Origin: Candidatus Omnitrophota bacterium
GTDB taxonomy: Bacteria; Ratteibacteria; UBA8468; B48-G9; JAFGKM01
DNA: 55,698 nt
Assembly (NCBI GenBank): GCA_023818645.1
Contig: JAMWCJ010000003.1
Span: forward strand, 1-55,698
Direction of reading: 5' to 3'
Under the pieces are notes generated by a model. That model was not told where the DNA came from, searched no databases, and worked only from the letters and a program-made list of their open reading frames with translations. Position numbers and translations under genes: made by a program. Of the stretch, positions 32,899 through 42,438 are shown piece by piece (the stretch's first letter is position 1; the number at the start of each line of letters is the position of its first letter).

Positions 32899-33789
32899 TT
32901 AAAATAAAGTTCCTAATTTTCCTGTCTTTTTTTCCATTTCTATAAGTTGTTTTCCATATTCAAATCCAGCAATAGCAATTGGGTCATCACTTCTTAAAGT
33001 TCTACTTTTTGTATGGTCAGGATTGAAAAAATCTCTTTTTTCAAGAGAAGTCAAAAATCTATTTTTAAAGTCATCAAAACTTTCTCCATAAATATGGTAA
33101 GAATCAGAAATGTCAACATATTGACCAACTTTAACTTCTCTCCCAGTTTTTTTTGATATTTCATCTGCAATAAACTTTTGAAGCGAAGTCAGTCCAAATA
33201 GATTCATAAAAGCAGCTCTATAAGCATCTCTTGAACGCCAGTGGGTATTCATATTTAAAAATAATTCACCATCTTTTTCTATTATTCTGCACCATATTCT
33301 TTGTAAACAAGGAGGGTCATAAGTAAAAGGATCATAAAATGGTATCCATGTTATACCCTGGGCTCTTCTTGAATAAGGGACCTCTGAAAGTTTATTTACT
33401 ATATAAACAATTTGGTTAATTTTCTCTTCTTTACCAGGTATGTGATAATTTGCAAGACGGTCATGATAAGTATATGTCCATTTTTTTTCTTCTGGACTAA
33501 TCCATAAGTCGTGTATTCCATAAACAACTTCTTGTCTATATTTTTCAAGGTCTTCAATACCTCCAGGAAACGCAAGATGTATTCTTGGTTCAGAAAAAGG
33601 ATTTTTTATAACCATAATCATTGTGCAATCCTTACTCGGCTTATCATTTTTTTTATCATACTCAGTTTTTACATTTATCCCTTTTTCCCATAATTCTAAT
33701 AAACTTTTCTCCCATACCTCTGGAATATTTTCACCTTCAACTTTTATAACTGGTATCATCTCTTCCTCCTGAGTGGCATTTCTTTCCAA
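32899..33789 (-). CDS. Thymidylate synthase (ThyA) family protein, archaeal-like divergent type
   Basis: YSRRAQ, catalytic PPCLQ, HWRSRDAY and DSYHIY blocks appear in ThyA order. The N-terminal region is divergent. Confidence 0.65.
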   Translation of the reverse strand: MERNATQEEEMIPVIKVEGENIPEVWEKSLLELWEKGINVKTEYDKKNDKPSKDCTMIMVIKNPFSEPRIHLAFPGGIEDLEKYRQEVVYGIHDLWISPEEKKWTYTYHDRLANYHIPGKEEKINQIVYIVNKLSEVPYSRRAQGITWIPFYDPFTYDPPCLQRIWCRIIEKDGELFLNMNTHWRSRDAYRAAFMNLFGLTSLQKFIADEISKKTGREVKVGQYVDISDSYHIYGESFDDFKNRFLTSLEKRDFFNPDHTKSRTLRSDDPIAIAGFEYGKQLIEMEKKTGKLGTLF

Positions 33790-35456
33790 TCATAAGTATT
33801 TAAAATTTCATTTTTTGTAAGCCATCCTCTTCTGGCCATACCTATTCCAAATTTTATATATTTTAACATACCGATATTGTGAGCATCTGTTCCTAATGCA
33901 AATTTTAGATTTTTCGCTTTACCTTTTAATATATTAATATCATTTAAATCCAATCTATCTGGATAACAGTTTATTTCCAGAGCAACATTATATTTGGAAG
34001 CATATTCAATTATTTCGTCAATATCAACTTCATAACCTTCCCTTCCGCTTAAAAGACGACCTGTTGGATGAGCAATTATATCAACATATGGATTTTCAAT
34101 TGCTTTTTTTATCCTTTCTGTTACATTTTTTTTAAATCCTTGATGAATTGAAGCAATAACAAAATCAAGTTGTTCAAGTATTTTATCTGAATAATCAAGT
34201 GAACCATCTGCAAGAATGTCAACCTCCATCCCTTTTAAAATTCTTATCTCTTTTATATTTTCATTAATTTTATCTATTTCCTCATTTCTTCTTTTTAGTC
34301 CTTCTTCATCAAGTCCACCTGCTATTTTTGATGTTTTTGAATGGTCACATATTCCAATATAGTCATAACCAAAAGTTTTCGCTTTAATTGCAATCTCTTG
34401 GATTGTTTCTACTCCATCAGAATATTTTGAGTGAACATGAAGGTCTCCCTTTATGTCACTTTCTTCAACTAAACTCGGTAATTTATTGCTTAATGCTGCT
34501 TCTATTTCTCCTCTATCCTCTCTTATTTCAGGTGGTATCCATATAAGGTCAAGTGTTTTATAAATATCTTCTTCTTTTTCTCCCGCTATTTTTTTATTTC
34601 CTTTGAAAACACCGTATTCACTAATTTTTAGTCCTTTATCCTTCGCCATCCCTCTAAGTTTTATATTATGTGCTTTTGAGCCAGTAAAATATTGAAGTGC
34701 TGCTCCAAATGAATCTGGGGGAACTACTCTTAAGTCAACCTGCAGATTATTTGTTTTTACAATTACAGATGCTTTTGTATCTCCTTTTGCAAGGACTTCT
34801 TTAACAAAAGGCAATGTAACAAATTTTTCAATAATTTCGTTGTTATTTTCTCCTGTTGCAAGTATATCAATATCTCCAATTGTTTCTTTCATTCTTCTTA
34901 AAGAGCCGGCTGGTTCAATTTTTTTTGTATATTTTTTCAATTCATTTATAATTTCTTCAACTATGGGTAAGGCAATTCCAAGAGGTATTCTTTCTTTCCC
35001 TTGTTTGTAAAGTTCAATTCCCCTTTTAATATTTTCAACCTTTTTTTCTCCCATACCAAAGAGTTTTACCAATTGTCCATTTTCTATGACTCTTTCAAGG
35101 TCTTCTAAACTTTTCACACCAAGTTTATTATATACAAGATTCAATGTCTTTGGTCCAAGATTAGGAATTTCAAGCAATTGTAATAATCCTTCGGGTATTT
35201 CTTCAATTACTTCATAATATTTTTTAATTTTACCTGTCTCTAAATATTCTACAATTTTTTCAGCCATCCCTTTGCCTATACCCGGTATTTTTTGAATTTC
35301 ACCTTTTTTATAAATGTCCTCTATATCTTCTGGATATTCTTTTAAAATCCTACTTGCTTTTCTATAGGCACTGATACGAAAAGAATCTTCTCCTTTGAAT
35401 TCAAGTGCATCAGCAATTTTATCAAATATTTCTGCAATTTCTTGATTTTTATTCAT
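33756..35456 (-). CDS. polX: Family X DNA polymerase with C-terminal PHP phosphoesterase domain
   Basis: HhH motifs (IPGIGKGMAEKI, IPNLGPKT), GSLRR..ETIGDIDIL, then a PHP domain (GDLHVHSKYSDG...CDHS...GTDAH). Confidence 0.9.
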   Translation of the reverse strand: MNKNQEIAEIFDKIADALEFKGEDSFRISAYRKASRILKEYPEDIEDIYKKGEIQKIPGIGKGMAEKIVEYLETGKIKKYYEVIEEIPEGLLQLLEIPNLGPKTLNLVYNKLGVKSLEDLERVIENGQLVKLFGMGEKKVENIKRGIELYKQGKERIPLGIALPIVEEIINELKKYTKKIEPAGSLRRMKETIGDIDILATGENNNEIIEKFVTLPFVKEVLAKGDTKASVIVKTNNLQVDLRVVPPDSFGAALQYFTGSKAHNIKLRGMAKDKGLKISEYGVFKGNKKIAGEKEEDIYKTLDLIWIPPEIREDRGEIEAALSNKLPSLVEESDIKGDLHVHSKYSDGVETIQEIAIKAKTFGYDYIGICDHSKTSKIAGGLDEEGLKRRNEEIDKINENIKEIRILKGMEVDILADGSLDYSDKILEQLDFVIASIHQGFKKNVTERIKKAIENPYVDIIAHPTGRLLSGREGYEVDIDEIIEYASKYNVALEINCYPDRLDLNDINILKGKAKNLKFALGTDAHNIGMLKYIKFGIGMARRGWLTKNEILNTYDWKEMPLRRKR

Positions 35457-36136
35457 TTTTTACCTACAGGGCATAAATAAAAAATCTCTTCTTTTATTCC
35501 AAGAACATTTTTTACTTTTTCATCTTCAAAAGCACCTATCATTACTGTTCCTAAACCAAGTGATTCTGCTTGTAAATGAATATTTTGTCCACAATGTCCT
35601 ACTTCCATGAACACATATCTTTCTCCTCTTTTTCCATATCTTCCAGTCGTTCTTTGAAAAATACCAGCAATAACAATAACAATTGGAGCAGATTTCACAG
35701 AAGTTTGATTTAAGGCACTTCGCGAAAGTTCTATCCTTAAGTCTCCTTCTTTTATAAGTTGTAGAGAATGAGCATCTATGTCATAATGATAAAGACCAGG
35801 TTTTAAGTTTTCAACATTGCCCACTACTACATAAATTTCAAGAGGATAAGTAGCACCTGCAGAAGGTGCAGTTCTTCCTCCCCAGTCGGCTGTTTTTCCA
35901 TCAGTTGCCCATAAAATTTGTGATAGTTCTTTTAATGTCAAAGGTATTTGTTTATAATTTCTTATCGATCTTCTTCTTTTTAATGCTTCTTCAACAGAAA
36001 TTTCTCCTTTAAAATTAGGGGGTGGTAGTTTTATTTTTTCCATATTTTCACTCCTTGTAATAATTGAAATAATAAAGTATAAACAAATAAATATCTTCAT
36101 AGTATAAATTTTAGTTTTAATAGATAAATTTTTCAA
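35453..36136 (-). CDS. SagB-type dehydrogenase / nitroreductase-family protein with an N-terminal hydrophobic leader
   Basis: RRSIRNY and PSAGATYPLEIYVVV....GLYHYD..AHSL (SagB-type signature). The N-terminal MKIFICLYFIISII looks like a signal peptide or anchor; an alternative internal start is MEKIKL. Confidence 0.7.
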   Translation of the reverse strand: MKNLSIKTKIYTMKIFICLYFIISIITRSENMEKIKLPPPNFKGEISVEEALKRRRSIRNYKQIPLTLKELSQILWATDGKTADWGGRTAPSAGATYPLEIYVVVGNVENLKPGLYHYDIDAHSLQLIKEGDLRIELSRSALNQTSVKSAPIVIVIAGIFQRTTGRYGKRGERYVFMEVGHCGQNIHLQAESLGLGTVMIGAFEDEKVKNVLGIKEEIFYLCPVGKK

Positions 36137-36162
36137 GTTTTTGAAAAATTATATTGTTTTTG

Positions 36163-36618
36163 TTAAAAGCCCTTTAGAATTACATCAATTATTTTTTCAA
36201 CTTCTTCTTCATTAATATATTCTAAATTTTGTATAATCTCTTCTTCTGTAAATGGTAATTCATAATTTATAATTTCAATTTTTGCAGCAGATATAGATTT
36301 TTTTAAATTTGAATTGTATGTTCTTGTAAACAAAAAAGTTAAAAGAAATATTATACAAAGAGAGATGTTTACAATTAGAGGTTTTAATTTAAAATTAGGT
36401 AACTTTTTTTCCTTAATATATTTTATCCTTTCTTTCCAGAAATTTTCATCATAACTTGGCATTGTGATTTTATTTGAGTTATCTAAAATCAGTAAAAAAT
36501 CATTATATAAATTTCTGCATTTACTACATTTTTCTAAATGTTCTCTAATTTTCTCTTTTTCCTTTGTTTTCCCTTCAATAAAATCTAAAATATTTTTTTC
36601 TACATTTTTACATTTCAT
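36163..36618 (-). CDS. Anti-sigma factor (zf-HC2 type, single TM)
   Basis: C..(x)..H..C..C pattern (CKNVEKN...HLEKCSKC) and one TM segment (LIVNISLCIIFLLTFLF). It overlaps the sigma gene by 11 nt. Confidence 0.65.
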   Translation of the reverse strand: MKCKNVEKNILDFIEGKTKEKEKIREHLEKCSKCRNLYNDFLLILDNSNKITMPSYDENFWKERIKYIKEKKLPNFKLKPLIVNISLCIIFLLTFLFTRTYNSNLKKSISAAKIEIINYELPFTEEEIIQNLEYINEEEVEKIIDVILKGF

Positions 36619-37135
36619 TTTTTATCACCCCTTTCTTTTTTAAATTTTCTCTTATTTTTTGTAACGATTGAAAATAGGTTGCTTTGACAGTTCCAATTCT
36701 ACTCTTTAAAATATTTGCAATCTCTTGATAAGTAAATTCTTCATATGTTTTTAAAATAAAAACAATTTTTTGTTTTTCTGTTAAATTATCCACTTCTTTT
36801 TCTATTTGTTCTGCTATGTCATCACAACGAATACAATCTTCAAAATTTCTTTTGTTACTATAAAATGGAAAATTTTCATAGTTTAAATTTTCAATTTTTT
36901 TTATTTTAGATTTTTTCCTTAAAAAATCATATGATAAATTAACTGCTATTCTATAAAGATAAGTTGAAAATTTTGAAAGACCTTTAAAACTATTCTTTTT
37001 TTTATAAGCACGAAAAAAAGATTCCTGAACTATATCTAAAGCATCATTATGGTCGTTTAACAATCTGAAAGCCAATCCATAAATCTTATTTGCATAAGTT
37101 AAATAATATTCCTCAAATCTTTTTTCATCTATCAT
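36608..37135 (-). CDS. ECF-type RNA polymerase sigma-70 family factor
   Basis: Region 2 (DALDIVQESFFRAYKK...FSTYLYRIAVN) and region 4 HTH (FTYQEIANILKSRIGTVKATYFQSLQKIR). Confidence 0.85.
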   Translation of the reverse strand: MIDEKRFEEYYLTYANKIYGLAFRLLNDHNDALDIVQESFFRAYKKKNSFKGLSKFSTYLYRIAVNLSYDFLRKKSKIKKIENLNYENFPFYSNKRNFEDCIRCDDIAEQIEKEVDNLTEKQKIVFILKTYEEFTYQEIANILKSRIGTVKATYFQSLQKIRENLKKKGVIKNEM

Positions 37136-37154
37136 ATTATTTAGACATAAAAAC

Positions 37155-37183
37155 TTGATTAATGGTTTATTCTATGATATATT
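37155..37183 (+). promoter_or_regulatory. Sigma-70-type promoter (extended -10) for rpsT
   Basis: TTGATT (37155-37160), a 17-nt spacer ending in TGa, then TATATT (37178-37183). An AAGGGAGGA SD precedes the ATG at 37209. Confidence 0.55.
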
Positions 37184-37208
37184 ATACAACAAATCTAAGG
37201 GAGGATAT

Positions 37209-37496
37209 ATGGCTAAGAAAAAAAGAAGTGTTTTAAAAAAACAAAGGCAGGAAATAAAAAGAAGGTTGAGAAATAAAATGTTTAAATCAAAAATAAAGAC
37301 ATTAATTAAAAAAACAAAAGAAGCAGTTTTAAATAACAATCCAGATTTTAATGAAATTTTAAGAGAAACAATAAAGGAGATTGACAAAGGTGTTGCAAAG
37401 GGGATCATACATAAAAATAATGGCGCAAGAAAAAAAAGTAGATTAATGAAATTTATAAAAAAATATAAAGTTCAGATAGAATTGGAAAAAAAATAA
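37209..37496 (+). CDS. rpsT: 30S ribosomal protein S20
   Basis: MAKKKRSVLKKQRQEIKRRLRNKMFKSKIKT is a typical S20 N-terminus. The start was chosen from SD placement; the track ORF begins at an upstream TTG (37155). Confidence 0.9.
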   Translation: MAKKKRSVLKKQRQEIKRRLRNKMFKSKIKTLIKKTKEAVLNNNPDFNEILRETIKEIDKGVAKGIIHKNNGARKKSRLMKFIKKYKVQIELEKK

Positions 37497-38104
37497 CTAA
37501 GTAGATATATTTCTAATTCTGCTCCTGGTTCAACTATGCCTACTTTTAAAGAATAATCAAGATCGTGAAGTAAATTAATTTTTTTTGTAATTTCTTCTGT
37601 TAACTTTTTTTCCTTGATTAAAATATTTCTTAAATAAATTTCAATGCCACTTATAAGAGTAGTAAAATTTTTTTCTCTAACTTTAATATAATTTCTTAAA
37701 GTTTCTATCATCTTTTTTCTATCATCCACTTTTAAACTATAGATATCCTTAAAAAATATATTTTCAGGAGAAACTATTTCTTTTTTTAATTTACTTTCTT
37801 CAAATGGAGGATTTATTGACATTCCATAAAGTATAACAATAATATAAGAGGGGAGTTTTTTAATGTGGTTATAAAGTATTTCACAATCATTTTTTGAAAT
37901 TTTTTCTGTATTTTTTATTACAAAAATTGACTTTTCAGAAAAAATAGGATAATAATCAAATTCACTCAGTATTCTTTTTATTTCAATTTTTTCAACATCG
38001 TAAACCTTTATATCAAAATCATTTATATTATATTTTTCTTTAAATTCACGAACTTTCTCTTTTAACTCATCAATATCTTTCAGAATTACTATTAGATTTT
38101 TCAT
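37472..38104 (-). CDS. holA: Minimal DNA polymerase III delta subunit-like protein
   Basis: Sits immediately downstream of an LptE-like lipoprotein gene (the lptE-holA order known from Proteobacteria). The pattern PIFSEKSIFVIKN....L..H.K.LP....IIV and the C-terminal D..LK match weakly. At 210 aa it is short. Confidence 0.45.
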   Translation of the reverse strand: MKNLIVILKDIDELKEKVREFKEKYNINDFDIKVYDVEKIEIKRILSEFDYYPIFSEKSIFVIKNTEKISKNDCEILYNHIKKLPSYIIVILYGMSINPPFEESKLKKEIVSPENIFFKDIYSLKVDDRKKMIETLRNYIKVREKNFTTLISGIEIYLRNILIKEKKLTEEITKKINLLHDLDYSLKVGIVEPGAELEIYLLSYFFSNSI

Positions 38105-38597
38105 CTTTTTTAATATTTAGAAGTTCAAAATATATTTTTTTAGCAATCTGTTCAGAAAGTTTGCTAAATATTTCTCCTTCTTTAAAATCCTTATAAATAG
38201 AAGATGAAATAGTTTCTGTCAAATTTTTATTTATAAAAATACTATTTTTCCCCTTTACTTCAATATTAAATTCAATTCTGTGTTTTACACCAACTATATT
38301 GTCAGGGTCTTTTTTATCAAAGAAAAGTGGTATTCTTTCATATTTAAGAATTTTAATAAGAAGTATATAATCTGAACCCTCTTTTAGATCTGTTATTGTA
38401 AAATAGGGATAATTCATAATTATCTCTTTTAATTTTTCATTGATAAGAAAACTTAAAAGCAATTGATTGGAATAATTCTCAATTTTTTCTACATATATTT
38501 TATTTTTTACTGAAATATTTTTATTTATATAACAGGAAGTCAATAATAAAAAAAAACTACATACCTTTACTAATTTTTTCATTAGCAATTTTTCCAT
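38070..38597 (-). CDS. LptE-like outer-membrane lipoprotein
   Basis: Lipobox LLLTSC after a signal peptide, about 150 aa mature size, and a position upstream of the holA-like gene. Direct sequence similarity cannot be judged by eye. Confidence 0.4.
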   Translation of the reverse strand: MEKLLMKKLVKVCSFFLLLTSCYINKNISVKNKIYVEKIENYSNQLLLSFLINEKLKEIIMNYPYFTITDLKEGSDYILLIKILKYERIPLFFDKKDPDNIVGVKHRIEFNIEVKGKNSIFINKNLTETISSSIYKDFKEGEIFSKLSEQIAKKIYFELLNIKKDEKSNSNSERY

Positions 38598-39519
38598 ATT
38601 TTGTATCTGGAAAAAGGGTGATTAGTTTTTTGTAGTAATATATTGCACTTTTTTTCTTACCTGCTTTTTCATAATATCTTGCAATTTGATAATATTTTTC
38701 CGCCTCTTTATTATTGAGAGTAATTTCTATATTTTTTACTTCATTTTTAAATCTACTTTCTGGATATTCAATTAAGAACTCATTTATCTGTTGTTTTATA
38801 TCTTCTATAATGTCTGTGTCAAGAGATGCTTCAGGTATTGAATTTACAGAATATTTTATTTTTAAAAATTTTGCTTCTTCTTCATAGGTTGTTTCTGAAA
38901 AATTTTTTATTATTTTATCTAAAACTTCTATACTTTTATCGTATTCTTTTAATTCATAATAAAAATTTGCTAATTTAAACATTCTATTCACTGCTTCAAT
39001 ATCATATGGGCTATTTTCTATAACTTTATTCATAAATTCTGCTTTTTCTTCTGTATTTTTAAAAAGACCAGAAAATAACCTTCTTCCACTTTTCAAATTT
39101 CTTTCTGCTATTTCTGACTGAACTTTTATTGCAGAGATAACAAGTGATGAGGAAGGATATTCTTCTACAATTTTTTGATAATAATCAAATGCTTTTTTAT
39201 AGTCACCCTTTTCTTTATAAATATTACCGAGTATAAAACAAGATGATGCAGCATATTCTGATTTTGGATAATGTTTTAATAATTTTTTATGTTCTCTTAT
39301 AGAAGTTTCTATTTCACCATTTTTTCTGAATTGTTCAGCATATTCAAACTGTTCTTTAGGAGTATCTTGCACTACATATTTAGGATTTATCCACTTTTTT
39401 GTTTGAGGTGTCCATTCCCAATAAGAATAAGAAAAAAATCTTAATAGAAGGAATATCAAAAAAATTTTACTTTTGTTCATAATTATATTCTTAACTAAAT
39501 AAACATTTTTGTCAATCAT
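38557..39519 (-). CDS. TPR-repeat envelope protein, BamD/YbgF-like (no lipobox Cys)
   Basis: Signal/anchor segment KIFLIFLLLRFF and several TPR units (YPKSEYAASSCFILGNIYKEKGDYKKAFDYYQKIVEEYP...). There is no Cys for lipidation. Confidence 0.5.
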   Translation of the reverse strand: MIDKNVYLVKNIIMNKSKIFLIFLLLRFFSYSYWEWTPQTKKWINPKYVVQDTPKEQFEYAEQFRKNGEIETSIREHKKLLKHYPKSEYAASSCFILGNIYKEKGDYKKAFDYYQKIVEEYPSSSLVISAIKVQSEIAERNLKSGRRLFSGLFKNTEEKAEFMNKVIENSPYDIEAVNRMFKLANFYYELKEYDKSIEVLDKIIKNFSETTYEEEAKFLKIKYSVNSIPEASLDTDIIEDIKQQINEFLIEYPESRFKNEVKNIEITLNNKEAEKYYQIARYYEKAGKKKSAIYYYKKLITLFPDTKYGKIANEKISKGM

Positions 39520-41923
39520 TTATATCCTCCATTTCAAGAAAGTTTCTACCCTTTTTAATATCTACTTTAATGGGGACCTTCAGAATTATTGCATTTTTCA
39601 TAATTTCTTTTACAATTTCTATAACTTTATTTTCTTCATCAGGTAATACTTCAAACAAAAGTTCATCATGAATTTGTAAAACAAGTTTACTTTTTAGATT
39701 CTCATGTTTAAATTTTTGATATATTCTATTCATCGCCACCTTTATTATTTCGGAAGCAGTGCCCTGAATTGGCATATTTATTGCTACTCTTTTTCCAAAT
39801 TCTCTCTCATTTTTATTAGGACTTTTTAATTCTGGTATATATCTTCTTCTTTTTAATAATGTTTCCACATAACCATTTTCTTCGGCTTTTTTTGTAATGT
39901 TTTCAATATAGAGTTTAACTTTTTTAAATTTTTCAAAATATTTCTCTATAAAATTTGAACTTTCTTCAACCGATATTCCAAGTTCTTGTGATAATCCATA
40001 AGGACTTATTCCATATATAATTCCAAAATTTATTGTTTTTGCAATCCTTCTTTTTTCTTCTTTTGTAAGTTCACTAAAATTTAGTGGAGTAAAAAGAGAA
40101 TTAGAAGCAAGAATAAGTTCAGCAGTTTCAGAATGGATGTCCTTATCTTTTTCAAAAGCATTTATTAAAACTGGGTCTTCTGAAAAATGTGCAAGGACTC
40201 TTAGTTCTATCTGACTATAATCAAAAGAAATGAGCAAATTATCTTTTTCAGCACAGAATGCTTTCCTAACCAATCCTCCTTTTTGAGTTTTTACTGGTAG
40301 ATTTTGTAAATTTGGATTTGAACAAGTTAATCTTCCTGTTGAAGTAGAAATTTGACTATAATTAGGATGAATTCTACCTGTTTTTTCATTAACAAAACCT
40401 AAAAGTCCTTCTATATATGTAGATTTTATCTTATGTATTTCTCTGTAGTCAAGGATATATTTTGGTAATGGATGGAAAGACGAAAGTTCTTTTAAAACAT
40501 GAGTATCTGTTGCATAAGTAGTTTTTGTCTTTTTGATCACAGGTAATTTTAATTTTTCAAAAAGTATTTCTCCGACTTGAGATGGAGAGTTAAGATTGAA
40601 TACCTCTCCAGTTAAAGAATAAATTTTATTTACAATTTCTTCTATTTCTATGTTAAACTTTTCATCCAATTGTTTTAAATATTCAATATCAACTTTTATA
40701 CCATTAGTTTCTAACCATGCAATAACTTCAATAAGAGGCATTTCAACATTTGTGAAAAGTTCATACATATTTAATTCTGTTAAAATATTTTCATACTTAT
40801 TTTTCAATTTGAATATATCTCTATCATAAATAATTTTCCCTGTAAGATGTTTTGCAATAGAAAAATCAAAATCAATGTTTTCAAATTCAATCCCCCTGGT
40901 TTTCAACTCAACAATTTTACTTTTGAGATCAAAACCAATTTTTTTTATATTTTTATCTTCAATAATTTCTTTATATTTCTCAGGATTTTTCAAAATTTCA
41001 GTATATCTTATAAATTTGCCAATGGAAAAACCTATGTAATCTTCTATTTCTTTGATATTCTCAAGTTCTGGATAAATCTTTTTTATAACTTCCTTTAATT
41101 TTTTAAATTCAAAAGAATCAAAAATTTCTAATAGTTTAGAAATATTAGGACGACTAATTTTTATATCTTCTAGATCTATTTCATTTAAAGCATCTTTATC
41201 AAGGATTGAAAGTTTCTTACTCAAAAAAGCAATATCTTTATTTTGCTCAAGTTTTGTTTTTAAACTTTTTGATTCAATTTTTTCTATGTTTTCGTAAATT
41301 TCTTCAATTGAATTAAATCTTGAGAGAAGAAAAGTTGCAGTTTTTTCTCCAATCCCCTGTATACCAGGGATATTATCAGAGGCATCTCCAGCAAGTCCTA
41401 TAAAATCAATTATTTTTTCTGGTTTAAATCCATATTTTTGAAGTATAGATTTTTCATCTATCAAACTGTAATTTACAGGATTGATAATAAAGACATTTTT
41501 ATTAACCAATTGTAAAATATCCTTATCGCTTGATATTATGAAAAAAATCAAATCATCTCTTCTTAATTTTTTAATAGCACTTGCGATAAGGTCATCTGCT
41601 TCATAGCCCTCTTTCTCAAAATATTTTATACCAAAACAGGTTGTTATCTCTTTAATTTTCGTAATCTGTCCTGAAAGTTCATCTGGCATTGGTTTTCTTT
41701 TTTCTTTATATTTTTCAAAAGTTATATGTCTGAATGTTGGAACATGAAGATCAAAAAAAATAGCCATATACTCTGGTTTTTTTTCTTTTAAAATTTTAAT
41801 TAAAGTTGTGGTGAAACCATATATTGCATTTGTTGTTATACCTGTTGAAGTTTTTAATTTAGGTAAAGCATAGAAACTTCTGTAAATTAAACAGGACCCA
41901 TCTATAAGATATATTTCTTTCAT
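39512..41923 (-). CDS. polA: DNA polymerase I
   Basis: 5' nuclease domain (LIDGSCLIYRSFYA, GIPGIQGIGEKTA) and polymerase motifs (DYSQIELRVLAH, RRIAKTINFGIIYG, QIHDELLFE). Confidence 0.95.
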   Translation of the reverse strand: MKEIYLIDGSCLIYRSFYALPKLKTSTGITTNAIYGFTTTLIKILKEKKPEYMAIFFDLHVPTFRHITFEKYKEKRKPMPDELSGQITKIKEITTCFGIKYFEKEGYEADDLIASAIKKLRRDDLIFFIISSDKDILQLVNKNVFIINPVNYSLIDEKSILQKYGFKPEKIIDFIGLAGDASDNIPGIQGIGEKTATFLLSRFNSIEEIYENIEKIESKSLKTKLEQNKDIAFLSKKLSILDKDALNEIDLEDIKISRPNISKLLEIFDSFEFKKLKEVIKKIYPELENIKEIEDYIGFSIGKFIRYTEILKNPEKYKEIIEDKNIKKIGFDLKSKIVELKTRGIEFENIDFDFSIAKHLTGKIIYDRDIFKLKNKYENILTELNMYELFTNVEMPLIEVIAWLETNGIKVDIEYLKQLDEKFNIEIEEIVNKIYSLTGEVFNLNSPSQVGEILFEKLKLPVIKKTKTTYATDTHVLKELSSFHPLPKYILDYREIHKIKSTYIEGLLGFVNEKTGRIHPNYSQISTSTGRLTCSNPNLQNLPVKTQKGGLVRKAFCAEKDNLLISFDYSQIELRVLAHFSEDPVLINAFEKDKDIHSETAELILASNSLFTPLNFSELTKEEKRRIAKTINFGIIYGISPYGLSQELGISVEESSNFIEKYFEKFKKVKLYIENITKKAEENGYVETLLKRRRYIPELKSPNKNEREFGKRVAINMPIQGTASEIIKVAMNRIYQKFKHENLKSKLVLQIHDELLFEVLPDEENKVIEIVKEIMKNAIILKVPIKVDIKKGRNFLEMEDIND

Positions 41924-41925
41924 AA

Positions 41926-42438
41926 TTAAATATTGGTTTTTGATTTATTTAACTGTAAACAAGAAATTATCATTGAAGTATTTAGAAGATATGGTTTATT
42001 TTTGTCTCTTTTCATTTCAAATTGATAGATATAAATACCTTTTGTTTTTTCAAGTTTTTCAAGTATAGAAAGAAGTTGTTCAATTGTTATAAGATTTATT
42101 TGTATCTCAATTTTTTCTAATAGATATTCATTTATCTTCTCTTTTGGTAAAATATTAATATCACTAATATTTGTTTTTATTGATGAAACTTCAATTAAAT
42201 CATTTAAATAAGAAAATAAAGAAAATCTATCCGTAGCAACTTCAACAGAATAATTCTTTTCTTTAATTTCACCTTTTTTATATTTTTCACACAATTCAAT
42301 AAATTCGTTATATTCTTTTTCTTTTTTTAAAATTAAATTTTCTAAATTTTTGACTTTTCTCTTATTCGGAATATAAATATATTGGTATTCAAAAATAATA
42401 ATAAAGGCAATCAAAATTAAAATAATTCTTCTGTCCAT
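41926..42438 (-). CDS. GspM/PilO-like bitopic inner-membrane assembly protein
   Basis: 170 aa with one N-terminal TM segment (RIILILIAFIIIF) followed by a coiled coil. It is the last gene of the gsp cluster, with start/stop overlap to the L-like gene. Confidence 0.45.
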   Translation of the reverse strand: MDRRIILILIAFIIIFEYQYIYIPNKRKVKNLENLILKKEKEYNEFIELCEKYKKGEIKEKNYSVEVATDRFSLFSYLNDLIEVSSIKTNISDINILPKEKINEYLLEKIEIQINLITIEQLLSILEKLEKTKGIYIYQFEMKRDKNKPYLLNTSMIISCLQLNKSKTNI

